Assembly (NCBI GenBank): GCA_976551045.1
Contig: CDPCPM010000076.1
Coordinates: 26,350,001-26,414,000 of the forward strand
Direction of reading: 5' to 3'
DNA length: 64,000 nt
From: Glaucostegus cemiculus
Taxonomy: Eukaryota
This document shows positions 1 to 13,480 of this stretch, piece by piece. The translations under genes were made by a program, and so were the position numbers. The notes under the pieces were generated by a model. It worked only from the letters and a program-made list of their open reading frames with translations, searched no databases and was not told the origin of the DNA. Every line of letters starts with the position of its first letter. The first letter of the stretch is position 1.

Positions 1-1406
1 TTAAAGTAAATTAGAGGTGCATTCATTGAAGATAGCAAACAGAGCGATATAAAGCCCATTAAATACAGATGACACACAGCAACGATTCACTGTCAATATC
101 CACAATTCCCCTACGGATATTATTTGAAATCTACATTTACAGAGTAAAAACATTGATTGAGGGAATCTTCTCTGTTTGCTTGTTTGTACTTTCCCACAGG
201 AAAGATTTTTGTGCACATGTTGAACCCAGATTTGTGTCTCATTACAACTGATATGTAATAAACACAAGCTTTGATTGTGGACTGCTTCTTCCTTTCCTAG
301 ACTTCCTTTGTTTGTTTGTTTGCTTCTTTTTTTTGTGCTCGGCTCCTTTACCACCCATAAATTCACTCTTAACTATTTAAAGAGAAACATCAAATGAAGA
401 AAACAAACAAAGCATCCCTAGGTTTCCTCAATCATTGAGCACCCCAACTAAAAAAAATTTTAATGGCTGATGCTACTGTCAAATAATGAACTTTGGAAGA
501 TATTTAATAAATCTAGCTTAATGTCTTAACATTTCTGAAAGTCTTACGTAATTCTTAATTATTTTGGCAATAGCATATGATAATGATGTAAATTAGTGAT
601 ATTAGCAGAGTTCACTTTTAACAAATGAGAAATTTAAATATTTAATTGCACAGCGTAAGTAAACTACTTGAAATGTCACTGTGAGGAAGATCCTGACTGT
701 AATCTCTTTACTGGCCCAATGTCTTTATGTAACAGCTTTTGCCAGTCTGTTGAAGAATTCTGCTTGTATTTTCTTACTTTTGTTCAGTTATTATTTTGTG
801 ATGGTATTTGTTGAATGGAATCTGCTTAATGAAAGTTCTTTGGACATGAAGAACTAAAGGATAATGAGGCACTCATCCTTTTTGAGATGGTGATTGCATT
901 TATAAAGAATGAGGTTGGTATATCTGCCTCAAGCATTAGTGCAAAGATTGAAGACCTTTTAAATGTAAGATTCTTGTTGTCAAGCTCAGAACAGTTTATC
1001 TACCATCCTGAACAATTAGCTAACAGGTGGAATGTCCTCACCTGAACTCACAAAAGTATGGGATGATATCTTATTCTTGATTCATGATTGCCTCCTGGAG
1101 TTCCTGGCAATTGCCAACCTCATCCTAACCATACTCCTTCATACTTATTCAGAGAAAAATGAAGGAAGCTTTGGTTTTTCTTCATTAATAGCTCTGTCTT
1201 TTTACTAGTTAAACTCTTGGTAGAGCATTTGCCTCCTGACAGTTCTCTTTGACTTCTGACAGCCTGACAATAGAAAGGCTTCCTCAACCCCACGAATGAT
1301 CCAAGACAAAGCACAGGTAGATTTATGGCACAAAGGCAGTCACTTGACCTTGTTCAAGGGTGATTTGAATGGGACCACTTCTTTGCCACAACCCTTCACA
1401 TAAAAA

Positions 1407-1990
1407 TCATATAGAACATAGAACAGTACAGCACAGAAACAGGACCTTCAGCCCACGATGTTGTGCTGAACTAATTAAGCTAATGACCCCTAATCCCTTC
1501 TGCCTGCACATAGTCCATATCTTTCCACTTGGTGCATACTTATGTACCTATCTAAGAGCCTCTGAAATGCCTTTGTTGTATCTAACTCCACCATCACCCC
1601 TGGCCATGCTAGTATTAGACATTTCAACCCTGGGAAAAAGATACTGGCTGTCTACTTTATGCCTCTCATAATTTTGTAAACTTCTATCAGGTCTCCCCTC
1701 AGCCTCCACTGCTCCAGAGAAAACACCCCTGGTTTCTCTAACTACTCCTTATAGCACATGCCCTGTAATCCAGGCAGCACTCTGGTAAACCTCTTCTGCA
1801 CCCTCTCCATAGACTTCATGTCCTTTCTATAATGGGGCGACCAGAATTGAATGCAATACTCCAGATGCAGCCTAGCCAGAGTTTTATAAAACTGTAATCC
1901 TGACTCATGAACTCAATACCTCGACTAATAAAGGCAAGCATGCCACATGCCTTCTTTACCACCCTACTGACTTGTGTGGCCACTTTCAGG
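1407..1990 (-). mobile_element. CR1 LINE 3' fragment
   Basis: (atagaac)n-type tail. The reverse strand encodes a degraded LYKTL.RLHLEYCIQFWSPHYRKD...ERVQKRFTRVLPGL...RLRGDLIEVYKIMRG. Confidence 0.9.
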
Positions 1991-4461
1991 AACAATCAGG
2001 TTTTGGTAATTGGGGTAAATTTGGTGAGTTACAATGTGGTTGGTACTGCCTAAGCTACCTGAGTATAATTCTCTTCCAACACACAATAGGCAAGTGTCCA
2101 TCATGAAACTGATAAAACTCAGGTATGGAATGACTATTGCAGGAAGTCATTACCTGAGGCATTACCTAAGCAATAGGTATGGAAATACTTCCAGGATGAA
2201 TTCTATTGGAAGTAGCTGATATTTAGGCTGTAAATGTGGCTGTAGTAGCACCATGTGCACATGTATAAACAGTGTTTAAAAGAACTCCTGGGTGCTCCAT
2301 CTAGCAAGGGTTAAAATCTACATATGATATATTTGATGCATATCCTCTTCGGGAAAAAGGGAGAAGTAGCATCTTCATTCCTGTGCAGTCAAGAAAGTTA
2401 TAGACTACAAAAGACTATTTTTAGATATTGCTAGTTATTTGCTAGGCTGTTTTTTGATACCAAAGCCACATTCCTCATGGAATATATTTCTTTACTGAAA
2501 GATGTAGGGGGAACCTAATTATCTTTACATTATAAAAAAAAAGTTAGACAGCTGAGAAACAAAATCTGTTCTTCTTGCTCTCTCTGCTCCTTTTTAATTT
2601 GTGTTTATTGGAAATGAGAAAACAGCTTGTTACTGGGTTCAGATAAGTTCTCAGGCAAATCTGAAGTTGTCAGGTTTCACTCGATACGAAAGTTTAAAAT
2701 GTTATTTTATTGCCAAGTTTCCATTCTGCCTTGGAAAACAAAAAAAAAATTCTCAAGCCCTGATTTAGCACTGGAGATCTTGGACTTCACTCCCTCTACG
2801 GGAAAAATTGCCCTTTGCAGTAATCTGAGAAATGCAGGGAACTTTACCAGAGTTTAAGAGACATTGCACTTTCCACACTTTGCTTATCAGATGCAACTTA
2901 AATTAACATGTCACAGGGACGATGAAAGAAACCATGGCGACAAACACCAAGCAGCTCTCTCAACAATTAGCCACAAAATTGTAAGCATCCATTTTGCCAT
3001 TTATTCCTCCCTCTGCATTTGGGATTCCCATATTAATTTATTCTTGCTAACAAATACACTTATTGTTTAATTCTAAAAATGCTGTCAGATAAAGTTACAA
3101 GGTTGTAGGACTAGACCAGCAGGGGGTAAACTACACAGAATGTGGCAATAAGAGCTGATAAATATTTGGAATTGTCATGAAAAAAGTGAGCAATACGATG
3201 AAGGAAATAAGGTTTTACCATTCATGTGGAATACTATGAGATCTGTTATAATTGCTGCTATAGAATCCACTTTATGTGGCTCAGAATATCTCAAAACTGG
3301 GTGTTGAAAATCTTGTCAACTTTTAATGCTCGTTAGATATTAGAAAAAGGAGTGTGGAATATGAATATAATTGTCTCATTTTGAGTTCTGTATGTTATTG
3401 TCTCATAACAGCTGACACCCCTTCGGAAGAATATTTTACCATTTCAAATGGGGAAGGAATACTATCATTTTTAATCTTTATATCAACATTATGTAAAGAT
3501 GGCAGGATCTGAGTGAGAAATACTTTGATTTAGTTGAATGACTAATCTGTACGACACAGAAGTATTTACAAGTATGTTAAACATTAGTAGAAAAGTGGGC
3601 ATTGTTTGTGAGCAAGTCTTGCTCTGGATAGTGAAATCCCTGAACTGCGATAAAGCATTTGCACATTCAAACTGTTCCTTTAGCATCCCCATAGCAACCC
3701 TGTTAGTGCCTATAGTGGGATATAGAGGGCATAACACTAGCAGAGATGAATTACATACAGGGCTCTTTCATGAGCGTGAAATGGCCTTTTGTCACTCATG
3801 AGCCAAGAGGTCTTTCTCAACAGTTAGCTTGCATTTCAAGGTCCAGTTCAAATGCAACCTAATTGTCTGAATGCAAAATGGAGGATTGAATAATATAGGC
3901 AAATTTGACTATTGTATGCAAAATTAAGTCTGAGAAGAGTTTGGTTTAAGGTGACAGGGTGTGCAATTGGATGCTGAATTTTCATATGCTGCTTTGTCAC
4001 CGTATAGATGCAACAGCAGCTGTTATAGCAACATAGTTCAAAGGTTTAGCAAAATGGTTGAGGCAATGTGTGGGTTTTCAACCTACTCTGCTTGAATTTT
4101 GGAAAACTGAGACCTTTCAAATTACATTTTCATTTGCATCAAGTCATCTGAAAACACCATTCACTACATACACAACCTAGGGCACTATTATATTCAAATG
4201 ACTGGAGAAAATAAGATGGGACACTTATTAAATAATCTAATCATGATTTTTTAAAATCTGCAATCTTGTCTTTTTAAATCAATGCTTCATTATGCTTATG
4301 CTTCACAGCACCCTTAGTTTTCTGGAGCAAGAGTAACAGATTATGTGTACTTCAAGCCAAATGCAATGGAGAGATCTTCCCCATGTGTCTCCACCAGAGT
4401 GTCCTCCCTCTAATAATTGTATGATTTATTCTGCATTTTCTGCCTTGTTACGATAAACGCA

Positions 4462-4700
4462 ATAAGTAGAAGCAGGAGTAAGCCATATGGCCTTTCAGCC
4501 TTGGTTGGCTGTTGGATAAGATTAGGGCTGTATGTATTCCTCATGTCTGATCACCATATCCCTGATTCCTTTAGCATTCAAAATCTTACTGAGCATCCAC
4601 AGCCCAATTCCAAAGACTTACAATCCTCTTCATAAATATATATTGATCTTCATCTCAGTCCCAAATACATCACCCCTTATTCTTAGATTTTGTTTCCACA
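4462..4700 (-). mobile_element. Old CR1-type 3' end remnant
   Basis: agaagcaggagtaagccat...ggcctttcagcc resembles the CR1 3' UTR; highly decayed. Confidence 0.45.
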
Positions 4701-7700
4701 TTCCCTGTGAGACTACTTTTCACTGCCAGAGTAGTTTGGGGATAAAACCAAGTAGTTGCATGTAATATTACTTTAAGAGTGCCTCATAGAAACCATGTAC
4801 TATATTATTTGTATTTCTGTACCCCATGCACACTTCCACACTCCCCTCTCTGTTAGTGGACAATCACAGAGATCTAGGAGTGACATGCAGACCAGATTAT
4901 AGAGGAAAAATAGACTAAAGTCTGGTGGCATACAGTCACAAGCAGAACAGCAAACTGAGACTTACATCTGAATGCAAACAAAAGAATGTGCTCTGATCAC
5001 ATCACCTTTCCACACCCCAAAGATGAGCACTGAAGAGAAGATGTAACCAGACAGCGACAAGCCCAAATTTAATCATATCGGACAGGGAGAAGACGTAAAG
5101 GCCATGAATGCCCTTGTGATTGCTTTTCCCTGCCTACTGGGCTTTTCCTTGGGGGAGTAAAAAAATCAACTAGAGACTTCTCTCTGCAACATGCTAATTA
5201 ACACAATGCTCAATGATTGTATTAAATAGGTATTTTTTTTACTGCAGTTTGATTCTTCAGTACTGTGGATGCAGCATTCATTCGAGCATGTGATTTTCTA
5301 CAAACAACTGCTAGCCTGGACTCTGTCCTGCAGGCTAGTTCACAAACACCAAAGCGCACCTCTGCAAATGGAAAAATAAACAATACAATACCAGAAGAGA
5401 CCAAAAAATATAATTCATCCTGCTCCAGAAACAACAATAGCTAAGGATCCCTAGATAAGCTATCAAAGCCCCTGAACTATTTCACCTTAATGAAGACCAC
5501 TAATGATGTAACAGCATTCAAGTTTGTCAAATGTCCACAATTTCGGTGTATAAATGAGCATTAAAAAAGATAAGAGGGTAAAAGAAGTTCCAATTGAAGT
5601 AAGCTTGAAGGCACTCCATTGACAATTAGGTGGAATTCTAAAACGAGTAAGCAGCACATATATTTTATGTATTTTTAAACATTAAATAGAATGATATGGC
5701 CAATAATCTGAAAGTATATTGATGTGTCTCACCTGTCAATTCTTAAAGATATATTGTGAACTGTAACAGGAAGGCTGGCAACTGAGATGGCAGTTTTCCT
5801 TTGCTCTCTATTTGTTAACTAAATCATAATCATAAATGTTTTTAATCTTCTCATTTATGATGTAATATGAAAAGGAAGATATGAAGCATATCATTTGCTT
5901 CAATCATTCACATCATTAACATTTTGGGGATTAAGATCTAGTTGTATCACTTGTGCATGTTTCCCAACAACAGGCTAAAGAGTTTCACCACTATAAACAA
6001 AGGCTTACTCATTACATTTGTTAAAGAATGATAGTCCGAGGCTCTGTGCTAATTAAAAATCAGAGATGGTGATTGATGAAAAGTGGGTCAGAAAAGTTAG
6101 CAGAGGAGTGAGCAGCTTTTAAAAGGAATAGTGTAGCACAGTGGAAAAGTCAAAAAGGATAGAAGCAAGCCAAGCCCTTCTGTTGATGTAAAACTGGTAT
6201 TAAATGGTCTTTCATTTGGGATTTCATATTTTGGTAAAGTTTTCTTATGAATTAGAGATAGATTTCTTCTGAAAAAGCATGCCAATTGATTGATGGTAAT
6301 CAGACAGGTGAAATGGAGTTGAATTTCCATGGGGCATCTTCAAATTTCCTGCTGAAACCATACAAAGAAAGTCATTGGGTAGCCCAGAGAGGCAGAGTGC
6401 CATTTCCCTGTGGTTTTTGCAAATCCTTCAATGGGGTTATAATAGTTTATAAGGAAAACATTTTAGAAAATTTTTTGCATAACATTCAAAGTTGATGAGG
6501 GTATCTAAAAATCTAAACAGAATGTGATGGTGACTGTCAGCACCCATTAGCATGGAAGGCATCCATTTTTCATTGGTTTCTTTGATTTGATTGATTGACA
6601 TCTGTGCATAGAGTTCTGAGCTGGCAATTAAAGCAGCTTTTGGTACCTTTCAGCTTAATTCTTTTAAATCTATTTCAAGTTGTAGTGTTGAGATTGAATC
6701 TCAAGGAGGAATTATGTAATAAGTCTAAGGAATTTAACTTTTGGTTATGTTGTTTATTGGAAAGAGTTTACAAGAGGAATGTGAATTAAGTCAGTGGAGG
6801 TATTAGCCTGAAAATTACTAACTGGGGCTGTTATTCTTCACACATCCCTATCAATTTGTACCTGATCTGTGAAGACTTGCCTGATATAAATGTGAAGCCA
6901 CTTAGCTCAGAGAGAACTTGAAAACAAGCTTATTGAACAGTCAAAAGATAACATTGCATCCAATAACTTTTAGTTTGTTAATATAAACAAGTGTCTGTGT
7001 GTAGCAGTTTATCAGTACAAGGTATTTGACCACAACTTGCAACATATGGATTACTTCCAGCTTAAATGTAAAGATTGAATCATTAATCATACTGTGGAAT
7101 ATTTGAAGTTATGGTGCAGCAGCTACTCAAAATTTCACACTTTATTTTATGCATAATTCCATTCTAAAGTTAAGGATGCATTGAGAATTTTGGGACACAG
7201 CCCTGGTATTTCATTATGTTCAGAAGTGAGAATGATCTGTGTTAGATTCACATCAGATATATGAAGCCATTCCACAACCAAGAAATGATTGAATAGACAC
7301 ACTGAGTTTGTGTGCTGTTTTAAATTTTTATCCGGTGATGAATAGCTGCGAACTTTAAGATTGCCACTGCCAGGAATGTTGAGCAGATCATTTAATGGCC
7401 CTCATTTTGATTATGTTAAAACTAAACTTAATTACACTCAGCATTGTCGCATTGAGACAGGCTCTTAGATTCAATACTGAAGGCAAATAAATTAAGAAAG
7501 TAAAAGGTACAAGGAGTTGAAGAAAAGGGGGAAAGAAATTATATAAGGAAAACATGCAGAAAAAGCCAAATACAATTTTTCATTTACACCTTATGTTAGA
7601 ATGGAGGAGCAAGAAAAAGCTGGAGGGAAAAAAGGGGAATAATATATAACTGTGGCTTTGCATTGGGCACTGGATGTAATGGATTGCATTGTGCGGCAGA

Positions 7701-8094
7701 GCACCTTCGCACAGTCAAATCATAGCTCCCTCAGTCATGGAGTGATGGAGATCCCTCAAGGAAACCAAAGTATCAGGGAAGTAGAAGTGGTAAAATTTAT
7801 GATCTGAAGTATAGGACTCCATCAGCTTGGATGAAAGAATACAATGTTGGTAACTGCCCTGGGCAATTAAATGTGCTGAATAAACTAAACACAAAGTGTG
7901 AGAAATGCAGTTTTCCTGTATTTTGCAAGAAAACATTGTAGGTGACATAGTTCTTGAAGAATTTGAGTTCTAGTAATAGAAAGAAAAGGATTTGCATTTA
8001 TATAATACCTTTTCCAACACAAAGTAGAAGCAACTAAAATGCAGATATGGACTGAACATGGTACATCAGCAGATTTTGGCAAGTATTATTTGAT

Positions 8095-8170
8095 GAGAGT
8101 TAATATCGGCCACGATTGAGGAAATGTCCTATGCTTTTCTTCAAATAGTTTGATGGCATCTTTGTGTGTT
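8095..8170 (-). mobile_element. Ancient Deu-domain SINE remnant (SacSINE1/AmnSINE1-like)
   Basis: gagttaatatcggccacg...tgcttttcttcaaatagtttgatggcatcttt resembles the Deu core (aatattggccagg...tgctcttcttcgaaatagtgccatgggatcttt) as recalled. Confidence 0.45.
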
Positions 8171-10474
8171 AGGATGAGGGGGGAAGGAAGATGGGAAGGT
8201 TGGGGAAAGGACAGCAGGAGCTCATGCTGTTATAAACATTTCATTAATAAACAGAGGATTGACAGTGATGTAGCCGAGACAGTGCCATTTTTCTGGCTGT
8301 AGAAGAGTGCATAATAAGAGGAAGGTAGGGGCAGAAATAAATAAGCTAGTGTTTACCAAACAAGAGTTTAGAGAAAAAAAGGCCGCTTGGATTTAATGAA
8401 ATTTCAGGGACCTCCAGAGCAAAGTGCTTAATCTGATGTGATGGGCCTGGAAGAATTATCGTGTAGGGGAAAAAACAAAGTCATTTCAAATTATCAGTCC
8501 CACACTATATTTTGCTGAGTGATGCAGGATCTGTGTACAAGCTCAGTTGCAGCTTTTTTAGGCTGTATATAACAGTACTGACAGTGGCTGACCACAGAAT
8601 GTTTTCCCCTTAACGGCCTCCTACTATTTATCCATTATGCCAGTGAAATCTAATTATTTCTCTTTACTCTGTGTCAAACTTCAGAATTTTGCTGGGCTGG
8701 CACTGACGACTGATTTCATTAATTTTGATTACCTTTGTTGGGACTGACTCCATTTCACAAACGGAGCTAAAAGCTGCTTCAAAATCCCCAGCCACACATT
8801 ATATCAACACAGTTTCCTAAATTAATTTGTACACAGAGTAGCAAATAAAAAGTGCTGACCATTATTTTATTGACTAAGTACAGATGCTGAGAGAATGGTG
8901 CTCAGCTGATTGAAGCTCTTAAGGTTATTTGTACTCAAGAGTCAATAGGTTATATTTTCAGCAGAGCTGTGTGGCAAGGGAAGTCCGACCATTCTCTATG
9001 CCAAAATAAGCATGTTCAAATCACAAATAAAGATAGGGGAATTATTTTGTACAAACCTTAGGCAATGTTTTTTATTTGAAAAATATTGCCTAAGTGAAAA
9101 TAAAATGTCCTTGTGATTAATGTTAATGAGTACCATTTCTATTGTAGGCAAATTTAATTCCCGATCCTCTTGAAAGCTTCCTACTTCTTATGACTAATTT
9201 CAAAAGTAAGGCTAATCTTTAGTATATCACCAGCCATTATTTCAGTCTGAGCCTTTATTCTGACTGTCAGCATATATTAGACTGTGGGAACATCACTTTC
9301 AAATGTGACTTTGTTCTCTGCATTGCCCTGAGATATACAAGAGTTCCTGAATATAATGTTCAGGATCAAGAATCCTGGCCAGTTTTCTTCCCCCTATTCT
9401 AATAGTTCCAAGTGTAATTACATCTTTTCAGTTATTGCCCCAAAATTAGCAAAGACTGGAATCAAAACTGAGTCACTTTGAACTGCATCACTCAACTTTT
9501 CACTGGAGAACTTGCTGAGTTTTGGGAAGCTTTAGGCATGCCAATTTTAGAACAATGGTTGAACAAATCTTTTGATATATTACATGCTACTACAATGTCA
9601 ACAATGTTATGAAGATAATGCTAAGCTATTCCACATTCTAAACTTCATAGTAGCAAGAGAGCTTTTGACTTATAAAGCACACCTCCAAAAAACTTTGGTG
9701 TTTCACATGCAGAACATTCATACTTCAGCTGAACAATCACAATCGGTGCATGATCCTCTATGTTTTAGCTGTACAAGATACTTGTACAAACACACCTAAA
9801 ATATGGGCCACTTTTAGTACCCACACAAGGTAAAGGCATTGAAAACAAAGCAGCTCCTTAAGTTTTACTTATCAGCATGGGAAGATTTATGTCTGCTTTT
9901 TAAGAGCAGACTTAAGAAACAAATGATTGTTCAGATTTATCATATTAACTGATGAAGCTGAGGTTTAGATATTCCAACAACACTTGCTGAACAGCACCGA
10001 CACAAGACTTTTGAAACCCAACATGTCCAAGTAACAAATATCAGCAAATCTTTACAACAAATTCTCCTTCCATTTAATCACCAACACATCTAACAGCCCA
10101 GATATTTTGTTTCAGAGCAGAGGAAAAATTCACTCTGCTGCTAAGGCTGCGTTATATGTATGAATTTTACTCTGGATAATCATTGCCTGCTTTCTCAGAA
10201 CTGCGATTAATTACCAATGCACAAGCTCTTTTGTTGCTATCTGTTTAACTCTGCATATGCGTAACCACCCATATCAATATGGCAATTGACATGAATCATG
10301 GTAAAAATATGCACACATTGTGCATAAAATTCCATCCAAATCATCATTACTATTACCCCAACAATCAGTACCACGGGTTAAAATTTCATTGTCTTAAAAC
10401 CAGAAATGATAGAAATACTCAGAATGACATACTGCATCTATGGGGGAAACATTTTAGATAGATGTGTTTTAGTG

Positions 10475-11200
10475 AGAACTGGAAGTTAGTGACTTAATCA
10501 TTTGTAAACAAAAATAGAGACAGGAAAGGAAACCCAAAAGGGAAGGTCTGTAATGGAGTGAAGAGATTAAAAGACAAACGTGACTGGTGCAAGAAACAAG
10601 TGAATATGGGCCAAAGGAGTGGTAAACGATAAGAGTAAGACCAGAGTAATTTCCAGCATCAAGTTGGACAAAATTAAATGTCAGGGGCAGTTATTTCCAT
10701 ATTTCTATTTCCATACTTCCTTACAACACTGAAGGAGGCCAATTCAGTTCATTGTGCCTATGCCAGTTCACATCACAAACCATTCCTCCAGTAATTATCC
10801 TCTTAATGTGTTCTCCCCACGTTTCCATCAAGTCTCTCCAGATTATTCCACTCACCTACACATTTTACAATGCTCAGTCAACTGACCGACCTGCTCATCT
10901 TTGGAATGTGAGAAGAACCTGAGGCATCCAGGGGAAACCCACATGTCTTGGGGAGAACATGCAAACTCCACAGACAGCACCAGAGCTCAGGATTGAACCC
11001 AGCTGCATCACTAAACTACCCATTATCCGAAATTGTGGAAATTAACATTGAATTAGGAAGTTTGTAAACCAGCTAATTTAATAATGACCTGTTGAGCTTC
11101 ACAGGGACATTGTCAGAGGACAAAGAAAGAGTGAGGGTGGGGCACAGAATTAATGTAGCAAGTGAAGAGATTGAAGCTTTGGGGCAGATGATAATTAGCT
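10475..11200 (-). mobile_element. Old Penelope-like element 3' fragment, interrupted by a SINE
   Basis: The reverse strand at ~11025-11070 reads GLQTS*FNVNFHNFG*, similar to the GIY-YIG ORF end LQPxGLNIEFxNFR*. 10475-10570 resembles the reverse complement of 58200-58320. Confidence 0.5.
10720..11015 (-). mobile_element. tRNA-derived V-SINE (HE1-like), decayed
   Basis: tctttggaatgtgagaagaacc...ggggaaacccac...gagaacatgcaaactccacagacagcacc...ggattgaacccag: V-domain plus reversed B-box. Confidence 0.8.
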
Positions 11201-11419
11201 TTGGCCAATGGTATGCAAGAGTTATGTGCTACCCATGGGCCAGCACATTCAGAGTCTCTGTATCTGTGCGCTGCTGTGTGGAAGTACTGAATGCACTGAA
11301 GGTCAGATGCTGATGTATCAGACCTCTTGCTCTTCTACAGCAGCTCCACATCATTTTGAGCTGAGGGGCCAGGTACAAAGCAACCTTTGTTAGAAAGATA
11401 AGACTAAGTTAAGTCGTTG

Positions 11420-11960
11420 CTTTTTTTTATATACCACAATTTACATTTATTTATTTAATTTTCTGTAGTTTAAGGTATTTTTAACTATTTTTATTAGACC
11501 TTTTTTTATCTTAATTATGTGTATTTTGACAATTTCTGAATGATCGGCAGAGACATTTCGAAACAATTGAAAAAGGCTTTTGATAGCACGAGCTGCCCAA
11601 AACCCATCGCCAAGTTCAGAGGCTGGCTGGGCTTCCGGCTCTGCTGCCTGGGGCCTAGTCACCTGTTATGGATTCACTTTATGGTTCAGGCATAGCAGCA
11701 AGGCCTCAAGGATGCTGGGAGTGTGGCCTCTAAGCATAAGGGTGGCCATGGAAGTACCATGGTTGGTGAGTTGGTGAGTGGAGGGTTGGGGTGGGCAGGG
11801 AATGTGAGTGGGTGGGTTGGGCGAAGGTGTGAACCATTTCCATGCATTCCAGGTCAAAAGCTCTGTCAGTACAGTCCTGTTTGTGGATGTCAGGAGGAGT
11901 CTCGAAATGGATATTCTAGTTTGCCCAGTGCAAACCCTGCCTCTTCCCCAACTTTACAGA
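11420..11960. mobile_element. Probable ancient non-autonomous DNA transposon remnant
   Basis: AT-rich segment followed by a GC-rich segment, similar in layout to 54058-54520; no coding motif recognised. Confidence 0.3.
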
Positions 11961-12439
11961 GAAACCAAAATAAATAATCAATTTGGAGTTTGAATTGCAT
12001 GTTTTCTATAAAGAGGCTAGATTTTACTTGCAGTTTTGTGCCAGTAGCTAAAGAAATGTTTGCTTTGCACTTGTTGTTAGCTCCCATCCCCTCTTCAGAA
12101 GTTTGTGACTGTTGATGTCCAAAACTCTGTGGTGACCATTTCTGTCAGTTATTTGAATACTGGAATGTGAACTATCTCCTATTACATTTCTAACTTTCTT
12201 GCCTTATGCTCAAGGGCTGCAGTCCTGTGGATAAGCTGAGTCAATTTGCTTTCTCCACCTTCCTTCATGGTGTCTCACATACTATTGCCTGCAAACACAA
12301 AACAACTGATGGTAAAGGTTCTCCCAGAATTCAATGTGGGTATTGGACTGGTTATTTAGCACCTGGCAAGATGTTTTCAACCTTCCTAATTAAGGAGAAG
12401 CTATAATAAAAGCAGCAGAATCTCTGTGGTTTTTGTTAA

Positions 12440-13480
12440 TCTTGACAATAGCATTTGAATCTGTTAATTATGATGCACAGCAGGAGATTTGGATGCAGAG
12501 GCAGATTTGTGAATGTTGCCCAGCAATTAGATCTTGGTATGATGGCCTGAGTTATAGACCAAGGCCTTAGTTCAATACCATTTGTAAGCACCAATGCCAT
12601 CAAACAACACTGTGTACTTGCCCTAGGCATGATCAGCAGACGGTTTGTTGTGGTGCTGGTAAAGTGTGCAGAAAGCTGCAGCTTCAACCTTTGTTGGCTG
12701 TCTGCCAAAACTAGAGCAATAGCGATAGTCATTTGCGACTTGGTTTTTGCCAACGATTATTGGAGAGTTAACACAGCCTAAAGGATATTCAGCTGCTATC
12801 ACACTGCTTCGCCCACGCAGTGCAAGCAATTTAAAAGGCAGCACTGTCCATTCTGTGGTTATTAGATCTATAGAGTCATAGAGTCAATACAACACAGAAG
12901 TGGATCCTTTGGCCCACCATATCAATGTCGACCCTTTTTGCCCATCTACACTAATCCCACTTGCCCGCACTAGGTCCATCTTCTTCTGTGCCTTGCCTAT
13001 TTAAGTGCCTGTCTAAATGTCTCTTACATGTAGTGATTATACCTGATTCCACCACTTCCTCTGGCAGTGTTAAAATATCAACTACTTTCTGAGTAAAAAA
13101 AAGTTCCCCTCAAATCCCCTTTAAAGCTCCTTCCTCTCACCTGAAACATAAGCCCTCTTGTTGTTGATACCTCTGCCAAAGGAAAAAGACTCTGACTATC
13201 TAGCCTATCTATTCCTCTTATAATTTTGCATACTTCTATCAGATCACCTGTCAGTCTCCTTCACTGTAGGGACAAATTAGGTCATACTCCCTGAAGACAT
13301 GATAAGGTCTTGGACCCACCGTGATTGGTGCCATACTCCCTCCCAGGTTCTTTGTTCAAGAACATATCACAGGCTACTTTGCCAATGAAAATCACTATGT
13401 ACCAGATGTTATCCTCCACCCAATTGTGTGAATTGGAGTTGTGGATTTGCTGACAAAGCTTCAACAACTTGATCATTTCC
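12440..13480 (-). mobile_element. Possible very old LINE ORF2 (post-endonuclease) remnant split by a younger CR1 insertion
   Basis: Weak similarity of NIWYIVI...GTNH and EWTVL...AAEY to the NILDL..SDH / W..AAELY region of L2/CR1-group ORF2. Confidence 0.3.
12868..13275 (-). mobile_element. CR1 LINE 3' end
   Basis: (atagagtc)n tail, ggatcctttggcccacc, ccaccacttcctctggcag and tctatcagatcacc are typical CR1 3' UTR and ORF2-end sequences. Confidence 0.85.

Noticed and set aside
3686-4035. RFX-like half sites (catagcaac, tatagcaac)
   Set aside because: Half sites only and no promoter context.
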